Assembly: GCA_965204085.1 (NCBI GenBank)
Contig: CBDBEE010000003.1
Coordinates: 1,449,981-1,513,980 of the forward strand
From: Candidatus Poribacteria bacterium
Lineage (GTDB): Bacteria; Poribacteria; WGA-4E; JAJDTR01
Direction of reading: 5' to 3'
DNA: 64,000 bases
In this document: piece by piece, positions 29,400-38,225 of the stretch
Position numbering within the stretch: position 1 is the stretch's first letter
Layout: each line of letters opens with the position of its first letter
Position numbers and translations under genes: made by a program
The notes under the pieces: model-generated
The model's database searches: none
Told to the model about the DNA's origin: nothing
Seen by the model: only the letters and a program-made list of their open reading frames with translations

Positions 29400-29872
29400 G
29401 ATGGACGCAGATGTAAAGGGAGAAGGAAGGTTGGAGAAGTATATGGGAAGGATGGAAGATTGGAAGGGTGGAAGAAACCATTGTCTGAATCACGGATTAA
29501 GCGGATTAAAGGATTTCACGGATTAAAGCCGCTCAATTGGTAGGGTAATGCGATTTGAAACCTTAGCTACCAGAGGATAAAATCAGTGTATTGATGGTCA
29601 AGATTCTATCGATGTGGACTGAGGTCCCCACGTTTTAAAGAAAAAACTCAGTTTCATCACGAACTTGCTTTTACAGATTGGATGTAAAATGAATGGCACT
29701 ATTTCAGGCCGACAAGACGCGTAACGGAGAGGATTCCATCAAAGATTGGAAACTGAGATTAGGCGTTTGGAGATGGTGAGAGGGGAATCTCTATCGCACA
29801 GGATTTTCTATCAGGACTATCTATAGCCTTGGGATCTCTATCGCATTCGTTATTCGCTCACTTGATTGTTCC
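29400..29872. repeat. Composite repeat: GGA-rich tract, CACGGAT x3, then two family 2 units. Right flank of the PhyH-like gene.
   Basis: gggagaaggaaggttggagaag...gggaaggatggaagattggaagggtggaag... gtctgaatcacggattaagcggattaaaggatttcacggattaaag. Then gggaatctctatcgcacagg (29783) and cttgggatctctatcgcattcgttattcgctcacttgat (29827). Confidence 0.5.
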
Positions 29873-29877
29873 GAGTT

Positions 29878-30054
29878 TCGCTGTTTCTTCCAAATGAATT
29901 TCAATGACCTCCAGGAGATTTTTCCTTGCCTCTTCGATATCCTTTCCACAACTCACAACGTCTAGCTCCGGACAGTGGGCGACGTACATGTTGCCCTCTT
30001 TCCATATTTCTTCCGTTATAACAAGGTTTTTCACTGTAGCCTCCTCGATCTATT
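29878..30054 (-). CDS. Small HicB-like (UPF0150) antitoxin-fold protein. Under 60 aa, so not in the ORF track.
   Basis: Manual translation of the minus strand: VKNLVITEEIWKEGNMYVAHCPELDVVSCGKDIEEARKNLLEVIEIHLEETAKLGTIK. GTG start 7 nt after GGAGG. No adjacent HicA. Confidence 0.45.
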
Positions 30055-30069
30055 TGAGTCGGGTCAAAA

Positions 30070-31296
30070 CTATGGCATCCCGGCGATGATGTTCTGAACG
30101 TCGGTTTCCAATTCCAAGGTGATTTTCTGGGGCGTCTGCCTCTTTTCTTTCTTGTAGGTCTCATAGGAATCCAAGAGATTCTTGGGCGTCCCGATACGCA
30201 GGAAGGCATCCAAAGGACCTTTGACTTTCGATCTGCCGTACACCTCAACTTCGAGCCGCGTGATAACTTCCAGAAAGCGTTCTTGGGAGGGATCTTCGCC
30301 GATGTAGCCTTCGTAGATTGCGATTGAGTTCACGATACGGCGCAGGTCGATGTAAAACTGTCGAAACTTGTCAATGCGCTGTGCGTGAACCCCTCTCTCG
30401 TATTCGGTCATCTCATCCACGTCGCGGTAAATCTCCTCGTCGATTCGGTTCTGGATTGCCCGTACTCGCCGGAGTGGATTCCGGTCTGCTTGAGGTGCGA
30501 GTTCCAAGAAATTCTCCATCTGCGACAGAATGTGTTCGCGCATCTGCTGGATGCGTTCGTTGAGTGAACTCTCGTTGCCAAAGCGCAGGTGGTATTCTCT
30601 CGCAAGTATCGACAGCAGGCTGCCTCCGAGGTTCTTCACGCGGTCGTACAGGTCTTTGGGGTGGTCGGCAGGGTCGGGAAGGACGCTCTGCTCCAGATTG
30701 GTAATCGACTCCTCGATTTGACCCCACATGTCGCTTCTGTAGACATATTTTATTCCCACGGGCACGAGATAGAGGGGTTTTAGATCTTCCGCCTTTTCCA
30801 TGTCGTTGAGCGCCCACAAGCCGAACTGCACAATCCCGCTCTCGAACGGCATGATGGTCTCGTTCTGATGCGAGATTTCGCCTTCGCCGAAGATGACCAG
30901 CTTCCGCGCCCCTTTGGCGAGCGTTTGGCGCGTCATCCGAAACGAGTCCCGGTCCACGGCGCCGCGTATGACGGAGTAAACGCCGAGCCGCGTCATGAAG
31001 AACCCTCTCAATTTCAGCCCTGCTATTTTGCGGTCAAAGGTCTCTCGTGCGCACATGTACCGGAATCGTTCGCCGTAACGAGTTGACAGGGCGAACAACA
31101 CGTGCGGGTCGGCGCGGGAGGGGTGGTTCGGCACCAGAATGGTCGGATAGCCGTCAGTCGATTTCAGCTTGTCGAGAGATTCGGAGTCGATATCGACATG
31201 CGAGACCTTGGTTGTGAGGCGCATGAGAATCGGGAGCAGCGACTTCACGCTTCCGATCACGAGCCTGTTTTCCTTTGGCGGTTTGAAATCTAGCAT
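30070..31296 (-). CDS. Lysophospholipid / glycerol-3-phosphate acyltransferase family protein (PlsC-like).
   Basis: HX4D acyltransferase motif VPNHPSRADPHVLF and downstream FGEGEISH block. 408 aa. Confidence 0.6.
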   Translation of the reverse strand: MLDFKPPKENRLVIGSVKSLLPILMRLTTKVSHVDIDSESLDKLKSTDGYPTILVPNHPSRADPHVLFALSTRYGERFRYMCARETFDRKIAGLKLRGFFMTRLGVYSVIRGAVDRDSFRMTRQTLAKGARKLVIFGEGEISHQNETIMPFESGIVQFGLWALNDMEKAEDLKPLYLVPVGIKYVYRSDMWGQIEESITNLEQSVLPDPADHPKDLYDRVKNLGGSLLSILAREYHLRFGNESSLNERIQQMREHILSQMENFLELAPQADRNPLRRVRAIQNRIDEEIYRDVDEMTEYERGVHAQRIDKFRQFYIDLRRIVNSIAIYEGYIGEDPSQERFLEVITRLEVEVYGRSKVKGPLDAFLRIGTPKNLLDSYETYKKEKRQTPQKITLELETDVQNIIAGMP

Positions 31297-31494
31297 TGGT
31301 TTATTCCGAGGTCAGCTACGGCACAATTCCGAGATGTCACGTGATGAGAGGAGATCGACGATGTGGTAATTGGGCAAGAAAGAAACCGAGTTTTCAAGCA
31401 AAAACTCGGTTTCAAGGCGAATGTTGCTACTAATACCATTTCGCTTGGATAATTGTGGGTATTATGTTTGGGTTACATCATTTACTTTCCACGT

Positions 31495-31810
31495 AGGCGG
31501 GGCATCTTGCCCCGTCCACTTTGCGCGGAGACAAGGCTTCTTACGATGCTCCACGCAATCAAAGCACTTGAAATTTTGAGAAATGGTTTAAGTACAGATT
31601 TTCAAACAGGCTCTAAGCTCGACTTTGCACGTTTTAGAGACATAATGGAAAGCAAAAATCAAGTGTTGCCCAAAAGCCAAGGAGGTTTTAATTTTCTCGG
31701 TTTTTTGGCAGATCATTGAAAAAGTCGGTAGCGGTTTCTAGTGCCATGCAAATGATATGTTGGGTTTCACTCGAATTTCGGTGTTGCACAGCGGGGCAAG
31801 ATGCCCCGCC
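31495..31810. repeat. MITE-like element: two inverted copies of GTAGGCGGGGCATCTTGCCCCG flanking about 270 bp of non-coding DNA.
   Basis: 31495-31516 gtaggcggggcatcttgccccg, and 31789-31810 is its reverse complement. Each copy is itself a hairpin cggggca-tct-tgccccg. Internal sub-inverted-repeat ctaagctcgactttg / caaagtcgagctaag. Confidence 0.4.
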
Positions 31811-31845
31811 TACAGGTTGGTGTTGTACTTTTGTACAAAGTCGAG

Positions 31846-32094
31846 CTAAGACAATGCGTGCAAATCCCGCTGGCGTTCCTCCCAATCTGGCAGATAGGCG
31901 TGCATGAAACTCCGAAACAGCCTACCGTGATTCGGGGCGAGGAGATGCACCAACTCATGCACAATCACAAACTCCCCCAACGCCATCGGCAGGTCGAGCA
32001 ACTCCGTGCTCAGGGTCAACCGTCCGTTTGTGGATATGGATGCCCACTTTCGACGCATGTCCCGCAGGTGAACTTCGCGCACCGTTACGTCCAT
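31846..32094 (-). pseudogene. C-terminal fragment of a YgjP/DUF45-family zinc metallopeptidase (type I RM-associated).
   Basis: RKWASISTNGRLTLSTELLDLPMALGEFVIVHELVHLLAPNHGRLF...LPDWEERQRDL contains the HExxH motif and the SprT/YgjP-like tail. The N-terminal two thirds of the family are missing. Confidence 0.55.
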
Positions 32095-32551
32095 GCGCTC
32101 CGCCCAGTCGGACGCCGCGCAAGGGCGGATTCATGCGAGCAACCTCACGCATGGCTTCCGTGACGAACTCACCCAAACCGCCGTTTGCCGGATGGTTGCG
32201 GAGTTGCTTCCAACTGTACTTTTGCGGGATATAGAAACGCACAATCGAGCCGCGTTCAGACTTGTGCGCGTCTTCGTGGTCGGCTTCGATAATGTCTCGC
32301 GCCGTTTCTTCATCACCAAATTCGGCAACGCGTTCGGCAAATTCATCATCGAACACATCGGAGAGGCGTTTGTAGAAGATTAACGGCAGGATGAAATCCT
32401 TGAATTTTGGGGCGTCGGTCGCTCCGCGAATCACGCAGACGGCATCCCACAGCCAAGTCTCCAGCGTTGAGATGTCCAATTCTTCTTGTTCTGGCGTTGG
32501 AAATTCAATGTCTGTCTGGGGTGGGGCGGAGGTGGGTTGAGGTTTTGACAA
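31955..32551 (-). pseudogene. hsdM: N-terminal fragment of type I restriction-modification methyltransferase HsdM.
   Basis: LETWLWDAVCVIRGATDAPKFKDFILPLIFYKRLSDVFDDEF...VRFYIPQKYSWKQLRN...GLGEFVTEAMREVARMNPPLRGV matches the HsdM N-terminal domain. Homology ends about 145 aa in. No methyltransferase catalytic domain follows. Confidence 0.6.
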
Positions 32552-32572
32552 AGGTTATTTCTCCTAACGAAG

Positions 32573-32893
32573 TTAAATCAACGCGACATTGATGCTTTCC
32601 TGCGTGTCGTGGTTTGACTTTGGACTCACGCGAATCTCAATGTGATAATCCAGTTTCCCCAATAGAGAAAAAAGATGGTCAATCGTAAAGTTCCTCAATC
32701 GGCCATTTCTCAAATCCGTCATTTTTGACCGACTCAGTCCGAGGAAATCCGACGCTGCCTTTTGGGTCATTCCCTCATCGGTAATTAGGCGGTTGATTTT
32801 GTATGCCAATTTCGCTTTTGCCAATCTTTCATCAGGGTTTGGTAGTTCCAAATCCTTGAACACGTTTCCTGAACTAGGGGTGTAGTCTGTCAT
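32573..32893 (-). CDS. XRE-family HTH antitoxin (COG5606-like), partner of the upstream COG4679 toxin.
   Basis: 106 aa. HTH MTQKAASDFLGLSRSKMTDL. Starts 4 nt after the upstream toxin stop. Confidence 0.55.
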   Translation of the reverse strand: MTDYTPSSGNVFKDLELPNPDERLAKAKLAYKINRLITDEGMTQKAASDFLGLSRSKMTDLRNGRLRNFTIDHLFSLLGKLDYHIEIRVSPKSNHDTQESINVALI

Positions 32894-32896
32894 AGC

Positions 32897-33262
32897 TTAT
32901 CTTCCTTTCGCTAATTCTTGAGCCATTTTCAACCGGCGCTTGATAAGATTAATTTCATTCTTGGGCGTCCCGGTACCCCATTTCGATTTCTTTTGAAAGG
33001 TGTGCAGTACGTAAATCGCATCACCGATTTTGGTGGTATACACCGCTCGATAGGTATCGCTTGCATAGTCACTTCGAATCTCCATGACTCCTGAAAACCC
33101 CTTTAGCGGTTTGGCTTTCGGATGTTTGTCTAAAATCTGTGCGATATAAAGCGCGTAGCCCATTTCATCTTGAACATCCGAGGGAAATTGCTTTAAATCT
33201 CTGTATGAAGAACCAACCCAAACTATAGGTTTCATCTTATCTATGTATTTGGTGTCTCTCAT
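32897..33262 (-). CDS. RelE/ParE-superfamily toxin of the phage Gp49-like (COG4679 / HigB-like) type.
   Basis: IVWVGSSYRDLKQFPSDVQDEMGYALYIAQ...GFSGVMEIRSD...YRAVYTTKIGDAIYVLHTFQKKS is the family pattern. Toxin-first order with an XRE partner. Confidence 0.55.
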   Translation of the reverse strand: MRDTKYIDKMKPIVWVGSSYRDLKQFPSDVQDEMGYALYIAQILDKHPKAKPLKGFSGVMEIRSDYASDTYRAVYTTKIGDAIYVLHTFQKKSKWGTGTPKNEINLIKRRLKMAQELAKGR

Positions 33263-33320
33263 AAAGGATTCTTCGCAAAAAACTTAACTTCGTATCTAGA
33301 TATCGCTACGCTCAGCGCAA

Positions 33321-33680
33321 TTATGAGATTGAGGTCAAATCAACATCAAGCGCCGCGGCGATTGCTTTCAACGTTTTGACGGAGCCGGACTTGCGCCCGG
33401 TTTCAATCTCCGCCAAGTAGGCGCGCTGAATGCCGCACTTGTCCGCCAGTTGCTGCTGGGTTAGACCTCGATGGTCGCGGTACACGCGAATCGGACTTTC
33501 CTCGTTAAGAATCAGGCGATTGACGACCTCACCGGGGTAGGTCTCCTCGTTGATGGTTTTGGCTTCGCGGAACTCGCGAATGTCTCTTAGCATCTCCGCA
33601 TCTTCCACAAATTGATTGTACTGTTCTCTCGGTACAAGGACGTATTCCTTGCCCTGTCTTTCGACGGTTTCAATATTCAT
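33321..33680 (-). CDS. XRE-family HTH antitoxin (HigA-like).
   Basis: C-terminal HTH LTQQQLADKCGIQRAYLAEIETG. Its ATG overlaps the end of the upstream RelE-like gene. Confidence 0.6.
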   Translation of the reverse strand: MNIETVERQGKEYVLVPREQYNQFVEDAEMLRDIREFREAKTINEETYPGEVVNRLILNEESPIRVYRDHRGLTQQQLADKCGIQRAYLAEIETGRKSGSVKTLKAIAAALDVDLTSIS

Positions 33681-33933
33681 CGGTATACACCTCCTCTGGA
33701 TCCAATTTTGATGATTTCGATGACGAGGACATCGTCATGAATCTCGTATAACACGCGCCAATCCCCCATCTGAGCCGGTATCCCTCCTCGCCCTCTAAAC
33801 GCGTTACATTGTTGTTCGGCGCGTAGGGGGACACGGCGAGTTGGTCAATCTTTCGCACAACGGTCTTCGCTACATTGCGCGGCATTCGCCGGAGTATCTT
33901 CGCCACGCTCGCTCGGTATTGAACCTTATACAT
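33670..33933 (-). pseudogene. RelE/ParE-family toxin with a -1 frameshift in a G5 tract near the 3' end.
   Basis: Reads YKVQYRASVAKIL...LEGEEGYRLRWGIG, then leaves the family. Adding one G to the run (plus-strand C5 at 33763-33767) restores GDWRVLYEIHDDVLVIEIIKIGSRGGVYR, with stop overlapping the antitoxin ATG as ATGA. Confidence 0.6.
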
Positions 33934-34193
33934 TTTACCCTACATAGTAGCTTAAAGCAACATAAATGTCAAGTGTTTTTTTACCCTTGTGTCAACAATG
34001 GGAAAAACGGCCGCTATAACGAGTGGCGGGACTATTTTGGCGGGGGATTGACGGAAGGCTTGGTCAAGAACCGGCAAGCCCAATCCAATCTGAAAGAAAA
34101 TATCTGGAGCGAAAGGAGCGCGACTTGCAGGCCGTCACTGCAGGACTAGCCAGAAAGCGACTCAATCCGGCATTACGCTTTACGAATTACGCA

Positions 34194-35219
34194 TTATTTC
34201 TTTTCCCACTTATCTTCTTGAACCGCCTCCGACTCGCCCTGTTCAAGAATCTCCGTCCACCACTCTCGATTCTGAGCGTACCACTGCGTGGTTTCCTTGA
34301 GACCGGATTGAAAATCGATTTGCGGTTCCCAATCGAGTTCTCGCCGGATTTTCGAGGAATCCAAGAGGTATCGGCGATCGTGACCCGGGCGGTCGGGGAC
34401 ATAAGTTTTGAGGGATTGCGGTTTTCCCAACGCCGCCAAGACGCCATCGGCGATCTCTTCGACGCTCTGCTCCACGCCGCTTCCGATATTGTAGGTCTCG
34501 CCAATCTTCCCGTTCCGAATGATCAGATCGATAGCTCGGCAGTGGTCGGAGACCGCGAGCCATTCCCGGCGGTTAAGGCTGTTCCTATAGAGCGGAAGCG
34601 GTTTATCGTCAAGGGCATGCGTGGTGAAGAGGGGGATCACCTTCTCGGGGTGTTGATAGGCGCCGTAGTTGTTCGAGCAGTTGGAGATGGTGACGGGAAG
34701 CCCATAGGTTTCAAAATAGGCGCGCACCGCGTGATCCGCCGCCGCTTTGGAGGCGTTGTACGGTGTGCGCGGAGAATACGGGTGGTTTTCCGTGAACTTT
34801 ACCGGTGAATCCAGCGCGAGATCGCCGTAGACCTCGCACGTGGAGATGTGGTGAAATCGTGAGACTTTGTGTTTGCGGGCAAGTTCGAGCAGCATCAGTG
34901 TGCCCATGACATTCGTCTCAAAGAAAAGGCGAGGGTTGAGCACCGCGCGGCTGTTGTGGGATTCAGCGGCGAAATTCACAATCACCTCCGGACGATGTTC
35001 TTCAATGAGGTTATCGACGCAGTCGGAATCCCCAATATCGCCATGAACAAAGGAGTACCGATCCGGGTATGTATCGCCGACATCGGCGAGGTTATTCAGA
35101 TTGCCCGCGTAGGTCAGGAGATCGATGTTAATAATTGCGTCGCTGGGATAGTGTTGGAGCCAGTAGCGGATGAAGTTACACCCGATAAATCCTGCGCCGC
35201 CTGTGACCAATAGTTTCAT
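34194..35219 (-). CDS. rfbB: dTDP-glucose 4,6-dehydratase.
   Basis: MKLLVTGGAGFIGCNF Rossmann start. YxxxK region (YNASKAAADHAV). Full-length conservation. Confidence 0.9.
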   Translation of the reverse strand: MKLLVTGGAGFIGCNFIRYWLQHYPSDAIINIDLLTYAGNLNNLADVGDTYPDRYSFVHGDIGDSDCVDNLIEEHRPEVIVNFAAESHNSRAVLNPRLFFETNVMGTLMLLELARKHKVSRFHHISTCEVYGDLALDSPVKFTENHPYSPRTPYNASKAAADHAVRAYFETYGLPVTISNCSNNYGAYQHPEKVIPLFTTHALDDKPLPLYRNSLNRREWLAVSDHCRAIDLIIRNGKIGETYNIGSGVEQSVEEIADGVLAALGKPQSLKTYVPDRPGHDRRYLLDSSKIRRELDWEPQIDFQSGLKETTQWYAQNREWWTEILEQGESEAVQEDKWEKK

Positions 35220-35283
35220 AGGAGTTCATGAAGAAATAGGATGAAAAAGGCTTTTCAAAGAATAGATTTTGTCAGGAAGATGA

Positions 35284-36059
35284 GTGTTCATTGCCGATTT
35301 GGCGACAAAGGCAGAAAGTGGTCAAATCATTGAGATTTCAGAGATTCATCGCGCCTACGAAGAAAAAGTAGGGAAACCGGTAGGAAAATCGACGGTTTAC
35401 GCGCTTTTACGCCGACACCAGTGGCGAAAAGTGGTTCCGAGACCCCAACCCCCGAAACATGATGAACAAGCTGTCGATGCTTTAAAAAATTCCCCAAGCT
35501 CATTGAACAAGCCCAAACAGAAGCAAAGGAAAGAGGGCTAAGTTTGCGAGTCATGCTCCAAGACGAGGCGCGGTTTGGTCGAATCAATGAACCGAAAAAG
35601 TATTGGGCGCCTAAAGGGATTCGTCCCGTGGTCTTGAAACAGACGGTTAGGGAATACACCTATGCGTATGGCGCGGTCAGTCCAGTTGATGGCGCATGTG
35701 ATTTTCTAATTCTGCCTCATATGAACAGTTATTCGATGAATCTTTTCCTGGCTGAAATATCCCAAAGACACCCCAATGAGTTCATTTTAATGATATATGA
35801 CCAAGCGCCAAGTCATAGTAAATCCGCTTTGGAAATCCCGGAGCGGATGATGGTCGAAACATTACCTCCGTATTGTCCGCAACTCAATCCGGTGGAACAT
35901 GTCTGGGACGAATTACGGGGGAAATTCTTCCCTAACCTCATCTTCAACGATATGGCTCAGCTAGAGGAGACGTTGATTGAAGGTCTCCTCTACTTCGAGG
36001 CTCAGTCGCACATCGTTCAATCCATTACTGGATTCGACTGGTTTGTGAGTAACATTTAG
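35284..36059 (+). mobile_element. IS630-family (Tc1/mariner-like, DDE_3) transposase remnant. 5' truncated and split by a -1 frameshift at an A6 run.
   Basis: ORF1 carries only the second HTH (STVYALLRRHQWRKVVPRP). ORF2 has VMLQDEARFG...WAPKGIRP and LPPYCPQLNPVEHVWDELRGK (DDE_3). Reading through needs A7 at 35484-35489. The first roughly 60 aa HTH is missing. Gene abuts the rfbB start. Confidence 0.65.
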
Positions 36060-36138
36060 ATGTGAAAATAGTACAAGTTTGTAATAGCACTATTCACTGT
36101 GCGTCTTCTGCGAGAGATTGCTCCAACATGTGTCACTT

Positions 36139-36193
36139 GTAGGAGGGAATTCCGACTCCCGAAAATTAGTCGCGATTCGGAGATCGCTCCTAC
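36139..36193. repeat. REP-like palindromic element, family 1 doublet.
   Basis: GTAGGAGGGAATTCCGACTCCCGA aaattagtc GCGATTCGGAGATCGCTCCTAC. Flanked by an imperfect direct repeat attcactgtgcgtcttctgcgagagattgct / attcattgtgcgtgactcattgcttgct. Confidence 0.55.
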
Positions 36194-36352
36194 AGTAAGT
36201 TTATAGTAGTGCGATTCATTGTGCGTGACTCATTGCTTGCTGCCATTATATATCGTCTTTCAGAATCACGCAAATCCTTTCTTGTTTGTTCACCAGGGAC
36301 TGGCAAAACTTGACCAAGCAGGCATATCTAGTTTTCTTGATGTAATGATTTG

Positions 36353-37126
36353 TTACTTGGGAGTGGCCAGAAGCGGTGTGATTAGTGTTCGTCCGCTTGA
36401 GGTGTGTAGCGTTTCAAAGGCTAGGTCGTAGACGGATTCTAACTGCCGGGGGGTAAAAACTGTCGCCGGTGTTCCAACGGCGACCGCGTTTCCGTCGCGT
36501 AGCATGAGAACCTTATCAGCGTACATTGCCGCCAGATTCAGGTCGTGAATTGCGGCGATGACCGATTTTCCGGACTGTACAATTGAACAACAGAGGTCAA
36601 GTATCTGTACCTGATGGCGTGGGTCGAGATGGTTTGTCGGCTCGTCCAACAGGAATAGCCGGGGTTCTTGCGCAAGGATGCGGGCGAGGTCGACACGAGA
36701 GGCTTCACCGCCCGATAGCGTTGGATAAAGCCGTTCAGCGAACACATCGGCTTCTACCTGCTTCATAGACTTTCGTGCGATTGCCCAATCTTCCGATGTC
36801 TCTTTCGCTCCGTTTAGGTGCGGATGGCGTCCAAGCAGCACAATCTCCAGGGCGCGAAACGGGAAATTGACATCGCGTTTCTGTTGGAGGTAGGCTCGGC
36901 TTCGCGCCAGTTGTTGCGGCGAGTAGGCGTGAATGTCGTGACCGAATAGTCGGATTATTCCTTTTTGCGGCGATAGTTCGCCGGAGATGAGGCGCAAGAG
37001 TGTGGATTTGCCTGCACCGTTTGGCCCGGCAAACACCCAAAACTCGCCGGTTTCGATTTTTAGATTGATGTCGCTGACAATCCACTTCTGAGCGATGCGA
37101 TAACCCACCTGTTCAAGTTCAACCAT
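36353..37126 (-). CDS. ABC transporter ATP-binding protein, iron-siderophore/haem/cobalamin type (FecE/HmuV-like).
   Basis: Walker A GPNGAGKST, signature LSGGE, Walker B LFLLDEP. Overlaps the permease gene by 8 nt. Confidence 0.85.
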   Translation of the reverse strand: MVELEQVGYRIAQKWIVSDINLKIETGEFWVFAGPNGAGKSTLLRLISGELSPQKGIIRLFGHDIHAYSPQQLARSRAYLQQKRDVNFPFRALEIVLLGRHPHLNGAKETSEDWAIARKSMKQVEADVFAERLYPTLSGGEASRVDLARILAQEPRLFLLDEPTNHLDPRHQVQILDLCCSIVQSGKSVIAAIHDLNLAAMYADKVLMLRDGNAVAVGTPATVFTPRQLESVYDLAFETLHTSSGRTLITPLLATPK

Positions 37127-38117
37127 ACACGACCTCTCTCTTGAACCTCAGAAGTAACCAGAGGAAGAACGGTCCACCGAGCAACGCAGTGACGACGCCG
37201 ACGGGTAGTTCGGCTGGGATGGCAACCGTTCGTGCGAAGAGGTCCGCCAACACGAGCAGAATCGCGCCGCCGATCGCCGAACCGGGCAAGACATAGCGAT
37301 GGTCGGCACCCCCCAAGAGACGTAGCAGATGCGGCACAATGAGTCCCACGAAACCGATTCCGCCCGCAGCCGATACGGCGGCGCCAACGCTCAAGGCTAC
37401 CCCGAAAACCGCCCACCGCTTCAAGGATTCAGTCGAAACCCCGAGGTGATACGCCTCAGACTCGCCCAACGTCATGGCGTTGAGGGCGCGTGCAAGTCGA
37501 AACAATACGGCCGCTCCCATGACAGCAACGGGAAACATCACAGCGATTGCACGCCACGTTGCCCCGCCGAATCCGCCGAGCAACCAAAACGTTAGGCTTC
37601 GAAGTTGCTCTTCGTCGGCGAGGAAGGTCATCAAGCCGATGCCTGCGCCCGCGAAACTGTTGAGCGCGATTCCCGCCAGCAGCAGCGTCACCGTGGGGAC
37701 ACTTTCTTGGGTTTGGGCGATCTTCCACACACCGATTGTTACGAGGATGCCACCGGTGAATGCCGCGATTGGGACACCCCAGATTCCCAAGAAGCCGCTC
37801 CCGACGAGGACAATCCAGAGCGCGGCTCCGAGTCCGGCGCCCGCCGTCACGCCGATTAACCCCGGATCCGCCAGCGGATTGCGGAAGATGCCTTGCAATG
37901 TCGCACCGGAGATGGCTAGGACTGCGCCGACGATGGCTGATAATATCACACGGGGAAATCGGACGTAGATTAGCACTTCAAAGCCATCTTCGTGGAAAAG
38001 CAGAATGCGGGGGATACGCCACGGAAGGATTTGATATGCCCCGACTCCGGCTGCTATACACAGCGAAACGGGGAGAATACAGCTAAGGGCAAGAAGGATA
38101 TGTGCTCTGCTTTGCAT
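37119..38117 (-). CDS. FecCD-family ABC permease (iron chelate / haem uptake).
   Basis: 332 aa, about 9-10 TM, typical FecCD glycine-rich TM pattern. Confidence 0.85.
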   Translation of the reverse strand: MQSRAHILLALSCILPVSLCIAAGVGAYQILPWRIPRILLFHEDGFEVLIYVRFPRVILSAIVGAVLAISGATLQGIFRNPLADPGLIGVTAGAGLGAALWIVLVGSGFLGIWGVPIAAFTGGILVTIGVWKIAQTQESVPTVTLLLAGIALNSFAGAGIGLMTFLADEEQLRSLTFWLLGGFGGATWRAIAVMFPVAVMGAAVLFRLARALNAMTLGESEAYHLGVSTESLKRWAVFGVALSVGAAVSAAGGIGFVGLIVPHLLRLLGGADHRYVLPGSAIGGAILLVLADLFARTVAIPAELPVGVVTALLGGPFFLWLLLRFKREVVYG

Positions 38118-38225
38118 GGTTTGTATGCAGTTGATTACTGTTAGATGATATGTTACACTTATAACCCTAGAAAGGGGATAGTCATCTCAGGAACTATTCC
38201 GAATCGTGTTAATGGAGGTGAGATC

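Noticed and set aside
29248-29526. 92-aa ORF spanning the GGA-rich repeat
   Set aside because: Its Gly/Lys/Glu-rich sequence is simply the translation of the purine repeat, and it overlaps the end of the PhyH-like gene. Not coding.
34023-34808. 261-aa plus-strand ORF
   Set aside because: Lies entirely antisense to the well-supported rfbB gene and has a low-complexity Arg/Gly-rich composition. Treated as a spurious shadow ORF.
37474-37968. 164-aa plus-strand ORF
   Set aside because: Antisense to the FecCD permease gene, with Ala/Pro-rich low-complexity translation.
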